Assembly: GCF_006345805.1 (NCBI RefSeq)
Contig: NC_043000.1
Span: forward strand, 150,722,001-150,786,000
Direction: 5' to 3'
DNA: 64,000 nucleotides
From: Octopus sinensis
Lineage: Eukaryota
The notes beneath the pieces are model-generated. The model searched no databases. It was not told the DNA's origin and worked only from the letters and a program-made list of their open reading frames with translations. The translations under genes were made by a program, and so were the position numbers. Below are positions 38,780 to 52,834 of the stretch, piece after piece. Each line of letters starts with the position of its first letter. Positions within the stretch are counted from its first letter, which is position 1.

Positions 38780-39060
38780 TTTTCCATGCTAGCATATATA
38801 TGTATATATATGCTTATATATATATGTATATATATGCTTATATATATGTATATATATGCTTATATATATGTATATATATGCTTATATATATATGTATATA
38901 TATGCTTATATATATGTATATATATGCTTATATATATGTATATATATATGCTTATATATATATGTATATATATATATATGTTTATATATGTGCTTATATA
39001 TGTTTATATATGTGCTTATATATGTTTATATATGTGCTTACATATGTTTATATATGTGCA
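38780..39060. repeat. TA-derived minisatellite (about 20-24-bp units anchored on GCTTATAT)
   Basis: Repeated gcttatatatatgtatatatat, changing to gtgcttatatatgtttatatat. Confidence 0.85.
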
Positions 39061-40439
39061 TATATATGTTTATATATATGCATATATATATATATATGCT
39101 TATATATACATATATATATATATGTATGTATATATATATGTATATGTATGTATGTATGTATGTGCAACATCTATATTCTTTCCTGTGTCTGTGAAATCTT
39201 GTATCCCTGCCGTAAGGCTTCCACACATGCCAGCTTAATTTAATTCATCCCTAGTTGAAAGACGCCTGTTGTTATGTCCTCTTATTTGTATTTGTGTAAC
39301 TTTCTCTGTTTTTTTCTGTCCTTGTTTTCTTAAACATTCATTGCTTTCTTCCAAGGAATCCAATGCTCTTAGCTTAGTTCTTCCTTGGGGCTGGCCAGAT
39401 TGGAGCAATCTCGATTATAACCAGCCAGAATTGCAAAGATAATCTGGAAGTCGACTTAGAAAAGAAAACTCCGAATATCTCATCTTTGTTTTCATTGTAT
39501 CGTCTATCTGGATGTTTTGTTGTCCCTTTCTTGTATCACCTAACTGTCTGGATGTTTTGCATTCTTGTCCCATTTTGTATTTTTATATATGTATATATGA
39601 ATATATAGTGGCATACGTACACTTTGGTCTCTTATATGTAAGTATATATTTATACGTATATATGTTTATATGTACTGTTGTGTCTGGGGAGAGTCGTTTT
39701 CTTTTTGTGCCTTATAATGTAACACACTCACCGGTAAAATTTCCACTTATTTCTTATTTTTATTTTCCTAAAATTTTCGTTGCGTCTTGCAACCTTTTCA
39801 ATAGTCTTGACTCTGTCCGTTATTTACGCTACGTTCCCTTTTTGTTTGTTTGTGCACATGTGTGTGGGTCAGTGTGTGTGTGTGTGCCTATGCATGTATG
39901 CATGTACATATATATGTATGTGTATGCATGTATGCATATGTATCTATGTGTGTGTGTATGCATATGTATATATGTGTGTGTATCTGTATGTATGTATTCT
40001 GCATATTCATGTGCTTGCATGTCCGTGTGTGTGTGTGTGTTGGAGTGTGTGTTTGTAGATGTATGCACCTCTGTCTCCTTATGTGTGCATGTCTGTGTGT
40101 GTGTGTGTTGGAGTGTGTGTTTGTAGATGTATGCACCTCTGTCTCCTTATGTGTGCATGTCTGTGTGTGTGTGTGTGTGGTGTGTGTTTTGCAACTATGT
40201 ACCATGTTTGTATGTATGGATATATATATGCATATATATATATGCATGTATATAGATATATATGTATGTATGTATATATATATGCATATATATATACATA
40301 TATATATATATATGCATGTTGTGTGTGTATATATATATATTTATATATATATGTACATATATATGTGTGTGTATAAATATATATATATATGTATATATAT
40401 GCGTATATATATGCGTATATATATGTATATATATGCATA

Positions 40440-40484
<45 letters not shown>

Positions 40485-40849
40485 TATATATATACGCACA
40501 CAAACACACACACTCCGCTTAATGTGTGCTTTTTATGTCTCCAACCTGATCTGGCAAGATTTCTGTAGCTTGATGCCCTTCCTAACACCAATCACTCCGA
40601 GACGTTAGTAAGTGCTATTTACGTGCCACTGGCATGAGGGCCAGTAAAGTGATACTGGCATCGATCACACGTGAATCGTGCTTTTTACATACCACCAGCA
40701 TAGGAATAAGTCAGGTGGCACTGGCAATGGCCAAGCTCGAATTGTGCTTTTCACTTGCTGCCGGCACAGGAGTAACCAGGCGGCACTGGAGTTGAGCATG
40801 CTCAAATAGTGCTTTTTACATGCCATACTGGGGCATTGCTATTCTTTTA

Positions 40850-41830
40850 CTTCACTAATTCATTTTGGAACGTGACGTGGCGCATAAGGGAGGTGGGCAC
40901 ATCCCTCATTTGCATTTCCTGCTGGGAAAGTTGGTTCCCCTGGGACTCTTGAGTGCAAGAGATTTAGTATTGTTTTGAAGACATCTGCGTCCGTCCCATG
41001 CATGTCTGCGAGGTCCTTCGCGAGGGTATTGAAGAGCTGTAGTCCTTTAAAACCCAGTCTCTTGCAATATCTCATCCTATATTGTGATGGCAAAGTTGCA
41101 TTCTTTGGCCCCATGCAGTGGTGCCCTGTTCTAGTGTTCATGTAACTCTCAATGCCAAAGTTTGGTACGAGTCCCTCTAGGATCTTTCAGATGTATATTA
41201 AAGCAATTCTTTCCCATCTAAGCTCCAAGGACTAGAGTTTCGATCTCTTGAGTATTCTCAGTAGCTTCTATGCTGCACAGAGGCTATCCTCATCGTGTAG
41301 CTTCATTGAATTGCCTCAGGTTCTGCAATCAATTTTACACTGTTTGGTGACCATAGCTGGGACCAATAATCAATGCAGCTTAGGACAGATGTCCTCCAAA
41401 GGACCATCATGGTTTCCTGATCTTTCAATTTTAAAGTCCTAAGAATCCATCTGGTTACCTGTCTGCATTTCATAGAAGGATGCATCATTACTCATGTAAA
41501 TGCCTATGTCTTGCAATGCGTGTGTCTCTGGGATTGCGATCCCTCCAGGTCCAGTGTATTTTATTGGTATTGCATTTAGTTTTGCATGCTAATAACTTAA
41601 GGCTTGGAACTTTTCAACATTAAACTGCATGATATTCTTCTTAGCCGACTTGTATGGTTCATCTAACTCGTGTTGCTGGTACATAGTGTCTTCAGGGTTC
41701 TGTATCACCTGCATAGCTTGTGATCATGGCTCTCTGTGTAGCTGAAGGCATATCTAAGAGGGCCATCATAAACAGTGGCAGTCCCAAAACAGGGCCTTGC
41801 AGAACACCAATCACTATTTGCATGTCATTC
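40850..41830 (-). mobile_element. Degraded CR1-group LINE, RT domain to 3' end
   Basis: GVLQGPVLGLPLF (cf. GVPQGSVLGPLLF), SYAGDT (degenerate YADD), LSCIDYWSQLWSP and LQLFNTL; frameshifted. Confidence 0.7.
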
Positions 41831-41974
41831 GAAGTATGTATGTGTACATACATACATACATATATAAGTATGTATATATAATATATATATATAATATATA
41901 TATATATATACATGTGTATATACATGTATATACATGTATATATACATTTGTATATATACATGTATATATATATA

Positions 41975-42257
41975 TGGCCGGTTGCCAGCTCTGTCTGGCC
42001 CCGTGTCGGTGGCACGTAAAAGCACCATCCGTTCGTGGCCGTTCGCCAGCTCTGTCTGGCACCTGTGCAGGTGGCACGTAAAAAACACCCACTACACTCG
42101 CGGAGTGGTTGGCGTTAGGAAGGGCATCCAGCCGTAGAAAACACTGCCAGATCTGACTGGGCCTGACGAAGCCTTCCAGCTTCACAGACCCCAGTTGACC
42201 GTCCAACCCATGCTAGCATGGAAAGCGGACGCTAAACGATGATGATGATGATGATGA
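41975..42257 (+). mobile_element. 5'-truncated RTE 3' end inserted in a microsatellite
   Basis: Two repeat motifs plus the conserved terminus and (GAT)n. Confidence 0.8.
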
Positions 42258-42560
42258 TATATATACATGTATATATACATGTATATACATGTATATATAC
42301 ATTTGTATATATACATGTATATATACATGTATATATATACATGTATATATATATACATGTATGTATATGTATGTATATAGATATATGTACATGTATGTAT
42401 ATGTATGTGTGTATATATATATATATATGTATATGTATATATGTACATGTATGTATATGTATGTGTATATATGTACATGTATGTGTATGTATGTGTATAT
42501 ATATACATGTATGTATATGTATGTGTGTATATATATATAGTATGTATATATATATATATA

Positions 42561-43328
42561 CTATCTTCTCGGTTAATTTTCCTTTGATGTTGCTGCACCT
42601 CTTATGCGTCCATAGCTTACACTGGAGTTTCTATCTACACCTTTTCTACAGATTGAGCAGGGCCGCCTACCTGAGGGTGTGTGTGATGAGTTTGCCTTCC
42701 TACTTACTATAACTTCGGTCTTTTCTACATTTACTTTAAGGCCTTTTGATTCTAAACCTAGCTTCCACACCCAAAATTTCTTTTCTAGTTCCAGTAGTGA
42801 TTCTGCTATGTGGGCCAGATCATCAGCATAGAGGAGCTCCCAGGGGCAACCCGTCTTGAATTCCTCTGTTATTGCCTGGAGGACTATGATGAATAAAAGG
42901 GGGCTGAGGGCTGAACCTTGTTGGACCCCTACTTCTACCCAGAATTCTTCACTATACTTGTTGTCAATCCTAACCTTTTTAATGGCCTCTCTGTATAGGG
43001 CCTGTACAGCCCTTATCAACCATTCATCAATCTCCAGTTTCCACATTGCCTACCAGATAAGGGATCGGGTGACACTGTCAAAGGCTTTCTCCAAGTCCAC
43101 GAGAGCTATGTAGAGGGGTTTATCTTTAGCTAGGTATTTCTCCTGCAGTTGTCAAACCAGGAATATGGCATCAGTGGTGCTTCTACCCGGAACAAAACCG
43201 AACCGCATCTCATCTAAGCAAACTCTCTCCCTAATGAGATGGACTATGACCCTCTCTGTGACCTTCATCACCTGATCCAACAGTTTAATATCCATGTAGT
43301 TATTTTGTATCTAGAGCATCACCTTTAC
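42561..43328 (-). mobile_element. RTE LINE RT segment, inverted relative to the adjoining 3' segment
   Basis: KLLDQVMKVTERV...FGFVPGRSTTDAIF...FVDLEKAFD and GVQQGSALSPLLF...LLYADDL on the - strand. Confidence 0.9.
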
Positions 43329-44553
43329 ATAAGATGTACCCAGTGTAAGCTATAGACACATAAGAGGTGCAGCACCATCAAAGGAAAATTAACCGAGAAG
43401 ATAGCTTTCATGTGTTGCAGATGCACAGAGGCAATAGACCCCATTGATACTCAGAAACCAGATTCCATTACACTCCTGGGGGAGAAACTAGAAGTAGTTG
43501 ATACTTTCCATTACCTAGGTGACCAAGTTATTAGTGGGGGTGGATGCTCACAGAGTGTTACCACTAGAATAAGAATAGCCTGGGCAAAGTTTAGAAAGAT
43601 CCTACCTCTACTGGTGACAAAGGGTCTCTCACTCAGAGTGAAAAGTAGATTGTATGACACATGTGTGCGAACCACCATGCTATGCTGTAGTGAAACGTAG
43701 GCTGTGATTGCAGAGGACATGCATAGGTTTGAAAGAAATGAAGCTAGCATGATCCGTTGCATGTGGAATGTCAGTGTGCATAAACGACAGTGTAATGCCC
43801 TGAGAGAAATGCTGGACATAAGAAGCATTGGATGTGGTGTGCAAGAGAGACATCTGCGCTGGTATGGTCATGTACTACAGATGGATGAGGAGAGATGTGT
43901 GAAGAAGTGCCACTCCCAAACAGTGGAAGGAATCCGGGGTAGAGGTAGACCCAGGAAGACATGGGATGAGGTGGTCAAGCATGACCTATGAACATTGGGT
44001 CTCATAGAGGCAATGACGAAAGACCGAGACCTCTGGAGATATGCTGTGACTGTGAAGACCTGACAAATAATGTGAGTTCATGGCTGTTTCCTGCACCAGC
44101 TTCACATAGAAGCTTGGATCGCAGGAGGACCTGCTGTACTTACCTTGGATTGTAGGGCGACCTGCTGTGCTTGAGGAAACCTATTGAGTCAAGTACATCA
44201 CCATCAGCATCAAAAATCAAATGGAAATTGTAGTTGTGATACCTGTGCCGGTGGCCCGTAAAATGCACCATCCGTATGTGGTCGATGCCAGCGTTGCCTT
44301 GACTGGCTTCCGTGCTGGTGGCACGTAAAAAGCACCAACTGATTGTGGCTGTTGCCAGCCTACCCTCGCACATAAAAAGCACCCACTACACTCACGGATT
44401 GGTTGGCGTTAGGAAGGGCATCCAGCTGTAGAAACACTGCCAGATCAGACTGGAGCCTGGCGCAGCCTCTTGGCTTCCCAGACCCTGGTCGAACCGTCCA
44501 ACCCATGCTAGCATGGAAAACGGACGTTAAACGATGATGATGGTGATGATGAT
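43328..44553 (+). mobile_element. RTE LINE 3' segment: end of the ORF, an approximately 490-nt 3' UTR and a (GAT)n tail
   Basis: FHYLGD...RIRIAWAKFR...RLRWYGHV...GRGRPRKTW (with in-frame stops), followed by the repeat-containing UTR shared by the many truncated copies. Confidence 0.9.
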
Positions 44554-44986
44554 ATGTACATGTATGTATGTATATATATGTATATATTAAGTTAGACATG
44601 GCCTGGACCCATCTTTGGGCAAAACATATCTAAGTTTATCAAAGTTTATATATATATATATCTGTATAATATATGTATATGTGTATACATACATATATGT
44701 ATACATGTATGTATACACATATGTATTTGTGTATATGTATATATAGGTGTATATATATACATATATATATTTTTCCAATTCCCAATTTATATTCATGTAT
44801 GTTATATTGTAATAATTACTGGTATCTTTATATATTAATATATTTCATATCTTATATGTAAAGCATAATATGCTATACATGTATGTACATTCTTATAATT
44901 GTTAGTTTTAGTAAATAAATAAATAAGTTAACGTAATATAATGTCTAAAAGTTGATGAATACCACCTTTTGATCCCCTCCATTATT

Positions 44987-45050
<64 letters not shown>

Positions 45051-45051
<1 letters not shown>

Positions 45052-45467
45052 TCTTTTACTTGTTTTAGTCATTTGACTGTGGCCATGCTGGAGCACCGCT
45101 TTTAGTCGAGCAAATCGACCCCGGGACTTATTCTTTGTAAGCCCAGTACTTATTCTATCGGTCACTTTTGCTGAACCGCTAAGTAATGGGGACATAAACA
45201 CACCAGCATCGGTTGTCAAGCAATGCTAGGGGGACAAACACAGACACACACACACACATATACATATATACGACAGGCTTCTTTCAGTTTCCGTCTACCA
45301 AGTCCACTCACAAGGCATTGGTCGGCCCAGGGCTATAGCAGAGGACACTTGCCCAAGATGCCATGCAGTGGGACTGAACCCGGAACCATGTGGTTGGTTA
45401 GCAAGCTACTTACCACACAGCCACTCCTGCGCCTCAGCTACTTACCACACAGCCACTCCTGCGCCTC
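45051..45467 (-). mobile_element. tRNA-derived SINE (family A) with a duplicated 5' end
   Basis: Reverse-complement copy; 32-bp direct repeat at 45404-45435 and 45436-45467. Confidence 0.85.
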
Positions 45468-45719
45468 ATATATATATATATATACATACTTTTGGTGCGA
45501 ATGGTTTTCTACTATGGCACCATGAGTTACAATCCTGTAGATATTAATTACAGTATTCTTATATAAGGTTAAAGCTTATGGCAATCACTGTGCCGTGACT
45601 AAGGGAAATAGCCTAATAAAGGGGCATATAAGGTCTTCACAGAAAAAAGAAGGCTTTCCTATCCGTGTGGGAGTCCTTTTGTTAACGCGACTGTGCATGT
45701 TACCTTTACATATATATAT

Positions 45720-45967
45720 TTATCCGAACGTGGCCGATGCCAGTGCCGCCTTGACTTTCTTCTGTGCTGGTGGCACGTTAAAAGCACCAACCGATCGAAT
45801 GCACCCACTACACTCGCAGAGTGGTTGGCATTAGGAAGGGCATCCAGCTGTAGAAAAACCGCCAGATCTGACTGGAGCCTGGTGCAGCCTCCTGGCTTCC
45901 CAGATCCCTGGTCGAACCGTCCAACGCATGCTAGCATGGAGAACAGATGTTAAACGATGATGATGTT
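45720..45967 (+). mobile_element. 5'-truncated RTE 3' end
   Basis: Repeat motifs plus the conserved terminus. Confidence 0.75.
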
Positions 45968-47303
45968 GATACATACATATGTTTATTTGTGTGTAAGTGT
46001 GTTAGTGTTTATAAACATGTATATATGTGTGCATATCTGATGTGCTAATGGTTCCATAAATTCAATATATTGTTTGAGCATCAGATAGCAGGTCTTGTGG
46101 TATTCCTTCTGGCCTTCTAGTTCAAATCCTACCAAGGCCAACTTTGCCTTGTATCCTTTCAAGTGTTGATAAAGAATCAGTTTCGCATTGGTGTTGATTA
46201 TCCTCATTCTTTTGCTCTCGATTGTGCCTCTGATTCACAAGTCCAGCCTTACAAGATTTTGAAACATAGAAATCAGCCCGATCATTGCATTAAGGGTACA
46301 CATAACTGTATCGTACTTGGCTGCTTAGATGTTAATTTAATGAGTAGGAATTCAGTTGGTTGAAGAATTGGATGCTTGCCATAAAGTCCAACAGAGAATC
46401 AGTTCACTACCACCTTTTGTGTGTGTATATGTATATATGTGTGTGTGTGTATACTCTTTACCCTTTTACTTGTTTCAGTCATCTGACTGTGGCCATGCTG
46501 GAGCACCGCCTTTAGTCGAGCAAATCCACCCCAGGACTTATTCTTTGTAAGCCTTGTACTTATTCTATTGGTCTCTTTTGCCAAACCACTAAGTTACGGG
46601 GGCCTAAACACACCAGCATCGGTTGTCAAGCAATGTTGGGGACACACACAAACACACACATATGTATATATGTAAATCTTTTAAAACTTTTATGCATTTT
46701 GTCATTGGACTCTGGCCATGCTGGGTCACTGCCTTGAAGGGGTTTAGTTGAATGAATTATCACCAGTACTTTTTCTTTCAAAGCATGATACTTATTCTAT
46801 TTGTATTTGTTGAATTGCTTAGTTATAGGGTCATAAACAAACCAACACTGATTGTCAAGCTGTGGTGGGAGCACACATACATACACACATATGCACATAC
46901 ACATACCAGGCTTCTTCCAGTGTCTGTCTACCAACTCCACTCACAAGGCTTTAGTTGGCCTAGGGCTATAGTGTAAGACACTAGCCCATGGTCCCATGTT
47001 GTGAGACTGAATCTGGAACCATGTGGTTAAGAACCAAACTTCTTAAAGATATGTGCTTACAAATGAAAAAATGTACTCAATACATAGAATGCATGTATTT
47101 TTTGAGAAGCTGATGCCTTTTGGATCACATTGCCAGTTATTGAAATGATTAAGCAAAAGGAAGCAGCTGGATAGTGTGTAAGCAAAAATATTCGTAAACA
47201 TATTGAAATATCATTAGTGATTGAGATTTAATTAGTTTAGTTTTGTTATGAAAAGAAATAGTAAATTCATCATAGACTCAATTGGTGCTGTATTTTGTGC
47301 ATC

Positions 47304-47335
<32 letters not shown>

Positions 47336-48734
47336 TGTTTAATGTCCGTTTTCCGTGCTAGCATGATATTTATGATAATACAATGAAAGTTATTTATAAT
47401 TGTAAATGCATTTGATTTAGAATTTTCTGAAACTTTAGAATGATACTCAACAAAGGTTAGATTGGTCCTGCATCAGAGGCAAGAGCTAGTTGAGATATCT
47501 GATTTGGCTAAAGTACACAATACACAGTGGTATAAAACACAAAAATATACTTTGTTCTAAATCATAATTTTGAGAAATTCCTAAAAAATTCCATTATAAA
47601 ATATATCACAAAGTATAGTTTCAAAACCTATTATATATTTCTTTATTGTTTATTTATTATTTTTAATTTTTACTTTAAATATACTAAAATGTACTAAAAT
47701 GTTAAATTATAAGTTAAATATTGTTTTGTATTAGGAGTCTGAAAGTCTGGTGTTACCTTTCATGTAGCGTGTGAAAAACAATCTGTTAATTGTATTTTCA
47801 CTTAAAAAGGAAAAATTATTACCATTAAATTGTCTGTCTATTATAACTGCATGAATGTTTTTAAGTCCCCAAATACTTTAAAACTAGAGCTTGTTATTGG
47901 TTCAGCTTGTTTTATTACCATTCTGAGTTAATTCTTTAAAAGATAGGCTTGAAATATTGCTAAGTGAAGTAAACAGTTGGAATTCATTTGTGTTAAATTC
48001 TCTAACTACTAGCAGTTATTATTGAAATAAAATAGGGGTAAATAAATTAATGAAAGAAAAAAAAAGGTCATTTCACTGCAAGAACACCATCAACAAAGTT
48101 GTTTAGCTGCATGCAGTCAGTTCTTAACCGATTCTTAATGGAGTTGTTTATGGATTGTTACATTGTTATGGGTTCTAACAGCTTCAGTAGAAAGATAAGG
48201 CACAATTGAAGTTTTGACAAATGACATTAAGAATTTGTATTTCTTTCACTTCTTCATAGCTATCAGATTATGTACATGGTGGCATTACTGTTTTCTGTAC
48301 ATCAATTCTATGTTAGAGTGCTTTTTGTTTTGTTTTGTTTTATATCCATTTTCCATACTTTTAGCATATTTCTCTTATTGCAGGCACAGTTTTTTAAAAC
48401 TTTGTTTTAGAGTTGGTAGTCCTATTTTTTCTAACCAATTTATGGGGAAAGCACAAACAATAACATTAGCATATTAGTATTTTTTTAAACTGATGACCAG
48501 ATGGTTAGAATTCTCACAATCATCATGTATGTATACTAAGTCCTCCCTTTTTTATTTGGATCCCCTTTTGACTCTCATTTGTACAAACTACCCATTGGAA
48601 AGCTAAAGCAATTTGTAATGTATTAATTCACTAACAAGCTACGGCTATTCAAATGCTATAAAATAGTACTGTTGTGTAATCAAATATGATTTCGTGTATG
48701 TAGATAAACCTGAAATAAAGGGAAAGAAAATATA

Positions 48735-49140
48735 TACTCTTTTACTTGTTTCAGTCATTTGACTGCGGCCATGCTGGAGCACCGCCTTTAGTCGAGCAGA
48801 TCGACCCCGGGACTTATTCTTTGTAAGCCCAGTACTTATTCTATGAGTCTCTTTTGCCGAACCGCTAAGTGACGGGGACGTAAACACACCAGCATCGGTT
48901 GTCAAGCAATGCTAGGGGGACAAACACAGACACACAAACACACACACATACATATATATATATACATACAAATATACGACGGGCTTCTTTCAGTTTCCAT
49001 CTACCAAATCCACTCACAAGGCATTGGTCGGCCCGGGGCTATAGCAGAAGACACTTGCCCAAGGTGCCACGCAGTGGGACTGAACCCGGAACCATGTGGT
49101 TGGTTAGCAAGCTACTTACCACACAGCCACTCCTGTGCCT
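48735..49140 (-). mobile_element. tRNA-derived SINE (family A)
   Basis: Reverse-complement copy of 9021-9473. Confidence 0.85.
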
Positions 49141-50574
49141 ATCTGCTGAAAGAACTTGTCTTATTGGTTAGAATTTCAGTATCTTTGATTACCATGCCAC
49201 TAGATTGAGATAAATAATCTCTGATGAGAAGTGAACCTAGCTTGTTGGATCTTTGATCCTAGCTGCTGAAGTCCCACTGCAGGTTCTATTTTCACAGAAA
49301 ACCCAAACATGCATTTATTAAACACATCTTATGTGACTTCTGTATGCATATTTATTCATAACCGCACTGTGTTAGCAGACTAGTTATTACTAGTTAAAAC
49401 TCTTTGTTCATGTAACAATACCTTTTATGGGCTTCAAGATAATATGCTCTATTACAGTAATGTTTCCTTAGAACATTTTGAATTCAGCAAACAATGTGTA
49501 TTGAATTAGTGAATATTGTTTGCTAGTTAAATTTTATACCGATATCTTTACATTATGTATGATGTTACATAACACAAAAGTGGGGATGTTCTATCTAGTC
49601 TCTAGAATATCCAGAAAAAACATTTTATTTTTAATTTTAGAATCACAAATTTCGCAATTCATTTATCAAGATGGAAATTTTCAAAGAATATATTTGCATA
49701 CATTGAATATATACTGTGACAAACTAGAAATAATGAGAATGGAGGGGTGGAAAAAAAAAACTGAAAGAAAAGAAAGAAGCCAGCCAGCACCTGCTCAGAT
49801 ACATATTCCCTTGGTTTATGCTCTGATACATTTACCAATTATATCGTCCTCCGTGTGTCAGTTATTAATCTCAGTTTAAAAATAGATCCAACAATTTTTG
49901 ATGAAGATTTTGTTTGCGCTTTTTTTTATTACTTTTAATTTTTATTTCACTATTGGGACGCATAGTAAAAACATTAAACTGCTACAGTGGGGATGCCTGT
50001 TTATTAGATCAAATCAGCTCATTCTGATGATTTCCCCTGTGTATAATATGCTACTGGTTCCAAGATTTTAGTAATTTTATGAATTTTCTTAAAGCATCCA
50101 CTGTCTTCCTCCATCTGATAGTTATCAACAATCATTCTTAGGTAACAACTCAAAATTTATCCAAATATTTTCAAGAATAAACTGTCTTCAAATACAATTC
50201 AGCAAGTTCTCTTAAATTCAGAAATAAATCAATAGTTTAAGATTTACTCTTGCACACAATCATCTAAGGCCATTCTTTAGTCTCTATTGTCCATCATAGC
50301 TAAGGCCTTGCTGGAGCAAAGCCTATCAATTTATAATCAGTGTTATCAACTCACATACAAAACAACTTTTTAATATATTAGAAAGATTCCCAATAAGCTC
50401 ATTGGATTTTAAGCCTTGTTACCAATATGTTACACACTAGTATTGTATAGATTTGGTAGTTTAAAAATAGACACTTTGAAAATGCCAGAGCAATTTATCT
50501 ATGTATGAGTTAGAGAAATATCGATATCTTCTTCGACCATAGCTTAAGAAATTATTGTCTGTGAGGGTGTGATT

Positions 50575-50612
<38 letters not shown>

Positions 50613-50884
50613 ACGCACACAAGTCACAAACACATACGCACACACATGTGATAGGCATTGACTACCATGGAACTAGAGCAGAAAACATGTAAACATGTAC
50701 CCAAGGTACCATGCATATATATATATATATATATATATACGCATACAAGTACTATATATTTATACATACAGACACACAAGTACTATATATATATATATAC
50801 ATACACATATACAAGTACTATACATATATACATACACACATACAGGTACTATATATACACACACACACACACACATACAGGTAC

Positions 50885-50919
<35 letters not shown>

Positions 50920-52430
50920 TATATATATAGTCTTTTTGTGAACTGGATCTTGAAGTATATAAATGCTATAAATGATAACAGGTAAATATTGGGTTGAAAA
51001 CCCCGTTTGTGTGTGTGCGCACATGCATGTGTGTATATGTATGTGTGTGTGTGTGTCTGTCTGTATGTATGTATGTATGTATGTGTGCAAGCATGACTGT
51101 GTGTTTTCGGGTTCCACTGTGTGGTGCCATGCCAAGTGACATCTGTTGTAACTTCAGAGTGACCAAAAGCTTTCATGTGGACATAGTAGACGGAAACTTA
51201 ACGAAGCCTGTTGCATGTGGTGCATGCATGTATCCGTGTGTTTGTCTACTTTTGCACTTCTCTGGCAGTTATTCAGATACAAACTGGGACACTGTTAGCA
51301 TTTTCTCTGTCAACAAATTATCCATTTGCTTTGACCCTATGAAACCATGGGGAATAAGAAATCTATTACTTTAAACAAAAAAAAAAGCAGGCAAGGGTTA
51401 GTGACAGGAAAGGTGTCTGGTTGTAAAGCAATGAATCAATGATACATTTGTCCAACTGATGCTAGTATGGAAAAATGGTCATACAAAATGAATGGACAAT
51501 GTGAGTGAGTGTGAGTAGATAGAAATCGCATGAAGATTATGAGCTAAGAGGATGGCAAGTAAAATGTGGTGGAAAAAGCATAGATATATGAAATGAAAAA
51601 TGACAAAGAATATGTATATATATAGAAAAGATCTAACGTTTCAGGTTTTACTGTTTATCAAAGAAAAGCAAAAGAAATGAGAGAAATATAAAAAAAAAAA
51701 AGAAATGAAAATGACTTTGAATTTACAGCATCTATTTATATTGCAGGCTTGGTGTAAACTGGGAGTTAGGGAGTGGGATAGTAGGCTGGAAGTGGCGATT
51801 CATTCTGGGTCATAGTGAAAGTAAGTGGAGAGAGAATGTGAAGGAGAGAGGAATTATAGGCTGGTGAACAGAGAGGGAGAAGAGCAAGAAAGAGATAGGA
51901 AATGAGAGGAAGGAGGAGGAGAGAATGAGTGTGGGAAAGAAGGTGAAAGGGGGATAGGACAACTCAAAATATCAGTGAGTCTCCAGTGAAATGTAATTTA
52001 ATATGCAATGTTGTCATTTATGTAGGTGCTAAAAAATATTTGATATGTGTCAAAGAATATAAAGTCCATGTGTCAAGTATGCAACAGTCATTTAGTAATA
52101 TAGTATATCCAGCTAAAGATGTAAATATGTACGAAAATATGTGTAATGCTCACATACACATGTTTATACACATTTACACATTAATGGTTATGCTTGTGTG
52201 TGTAATGTGTAGGATTAATGTGTGGTTAATAAAGGATGTGTTTGTGTGTGATGTGTGCACGTGGTGTTTTATTGTGAAAGGAAATGTGTGCAAGAGATAG
52301 TTGGTTAGAACTCTGTGTGTGTTGGTGTAGGATGAGCTATGTATATCAGTGTGCCTGCAGGGATTGGTAAGTCTTAGGGTTACCTGTTTGTAGGAAGATG
52401 GGCTTCCAAGAACAAAGAATTATGTTTGAA

Positions 52431-52834
52431 TACTCTTTTACTCTCTTTTACTTGTTTCAGTCATTTGACTGCGGCCATGCTGGAGCACCGCCTTTAGTCG
52501 AGCAAATCGACTCCGGGACTTATTCTTTGTAAGCCCAGAACTTATTCTATCGGTCTCTTTTGCCGAACCGCTAAGTGACGGGGACGTCAGTTTTCAAGCA
52601 ATGCTAGGGGGACAAACACAGACACACAAACACACACATACATATACATATTTATATATATACATATATACGACAGGCTTCTTTCAGTTTCCATCTACTA
52701 AATCCACTCACAAGGCATTGGTCGGCCTGGGGCTATAGCAGAAGACACTTTCCCAAGATGCCACGCAGTGGGACTGAACCCGGAACCATGTGGTTGGTTA
52801 GCAAGCTACTTACCACACAGCCACTCCTGCGCCT
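52431..52834 (-). mobile_element. tRNA-derived SINE (family A) with a small internal deletion
   Basis: Reverse-complement copy lacking the aaacacaccagcatcgg segment. Confidence 0.85.

Noticed and set aside
38503-40608. Many long ORFs rich in IY/YI, CV and HT (also around 27000-30400, 42200-42700, 50650-51200 and 57300-60200)
   Set aside because: Dinucleotide microsatellites lack stop codons in some frames; these are artefacts of the ORF track.
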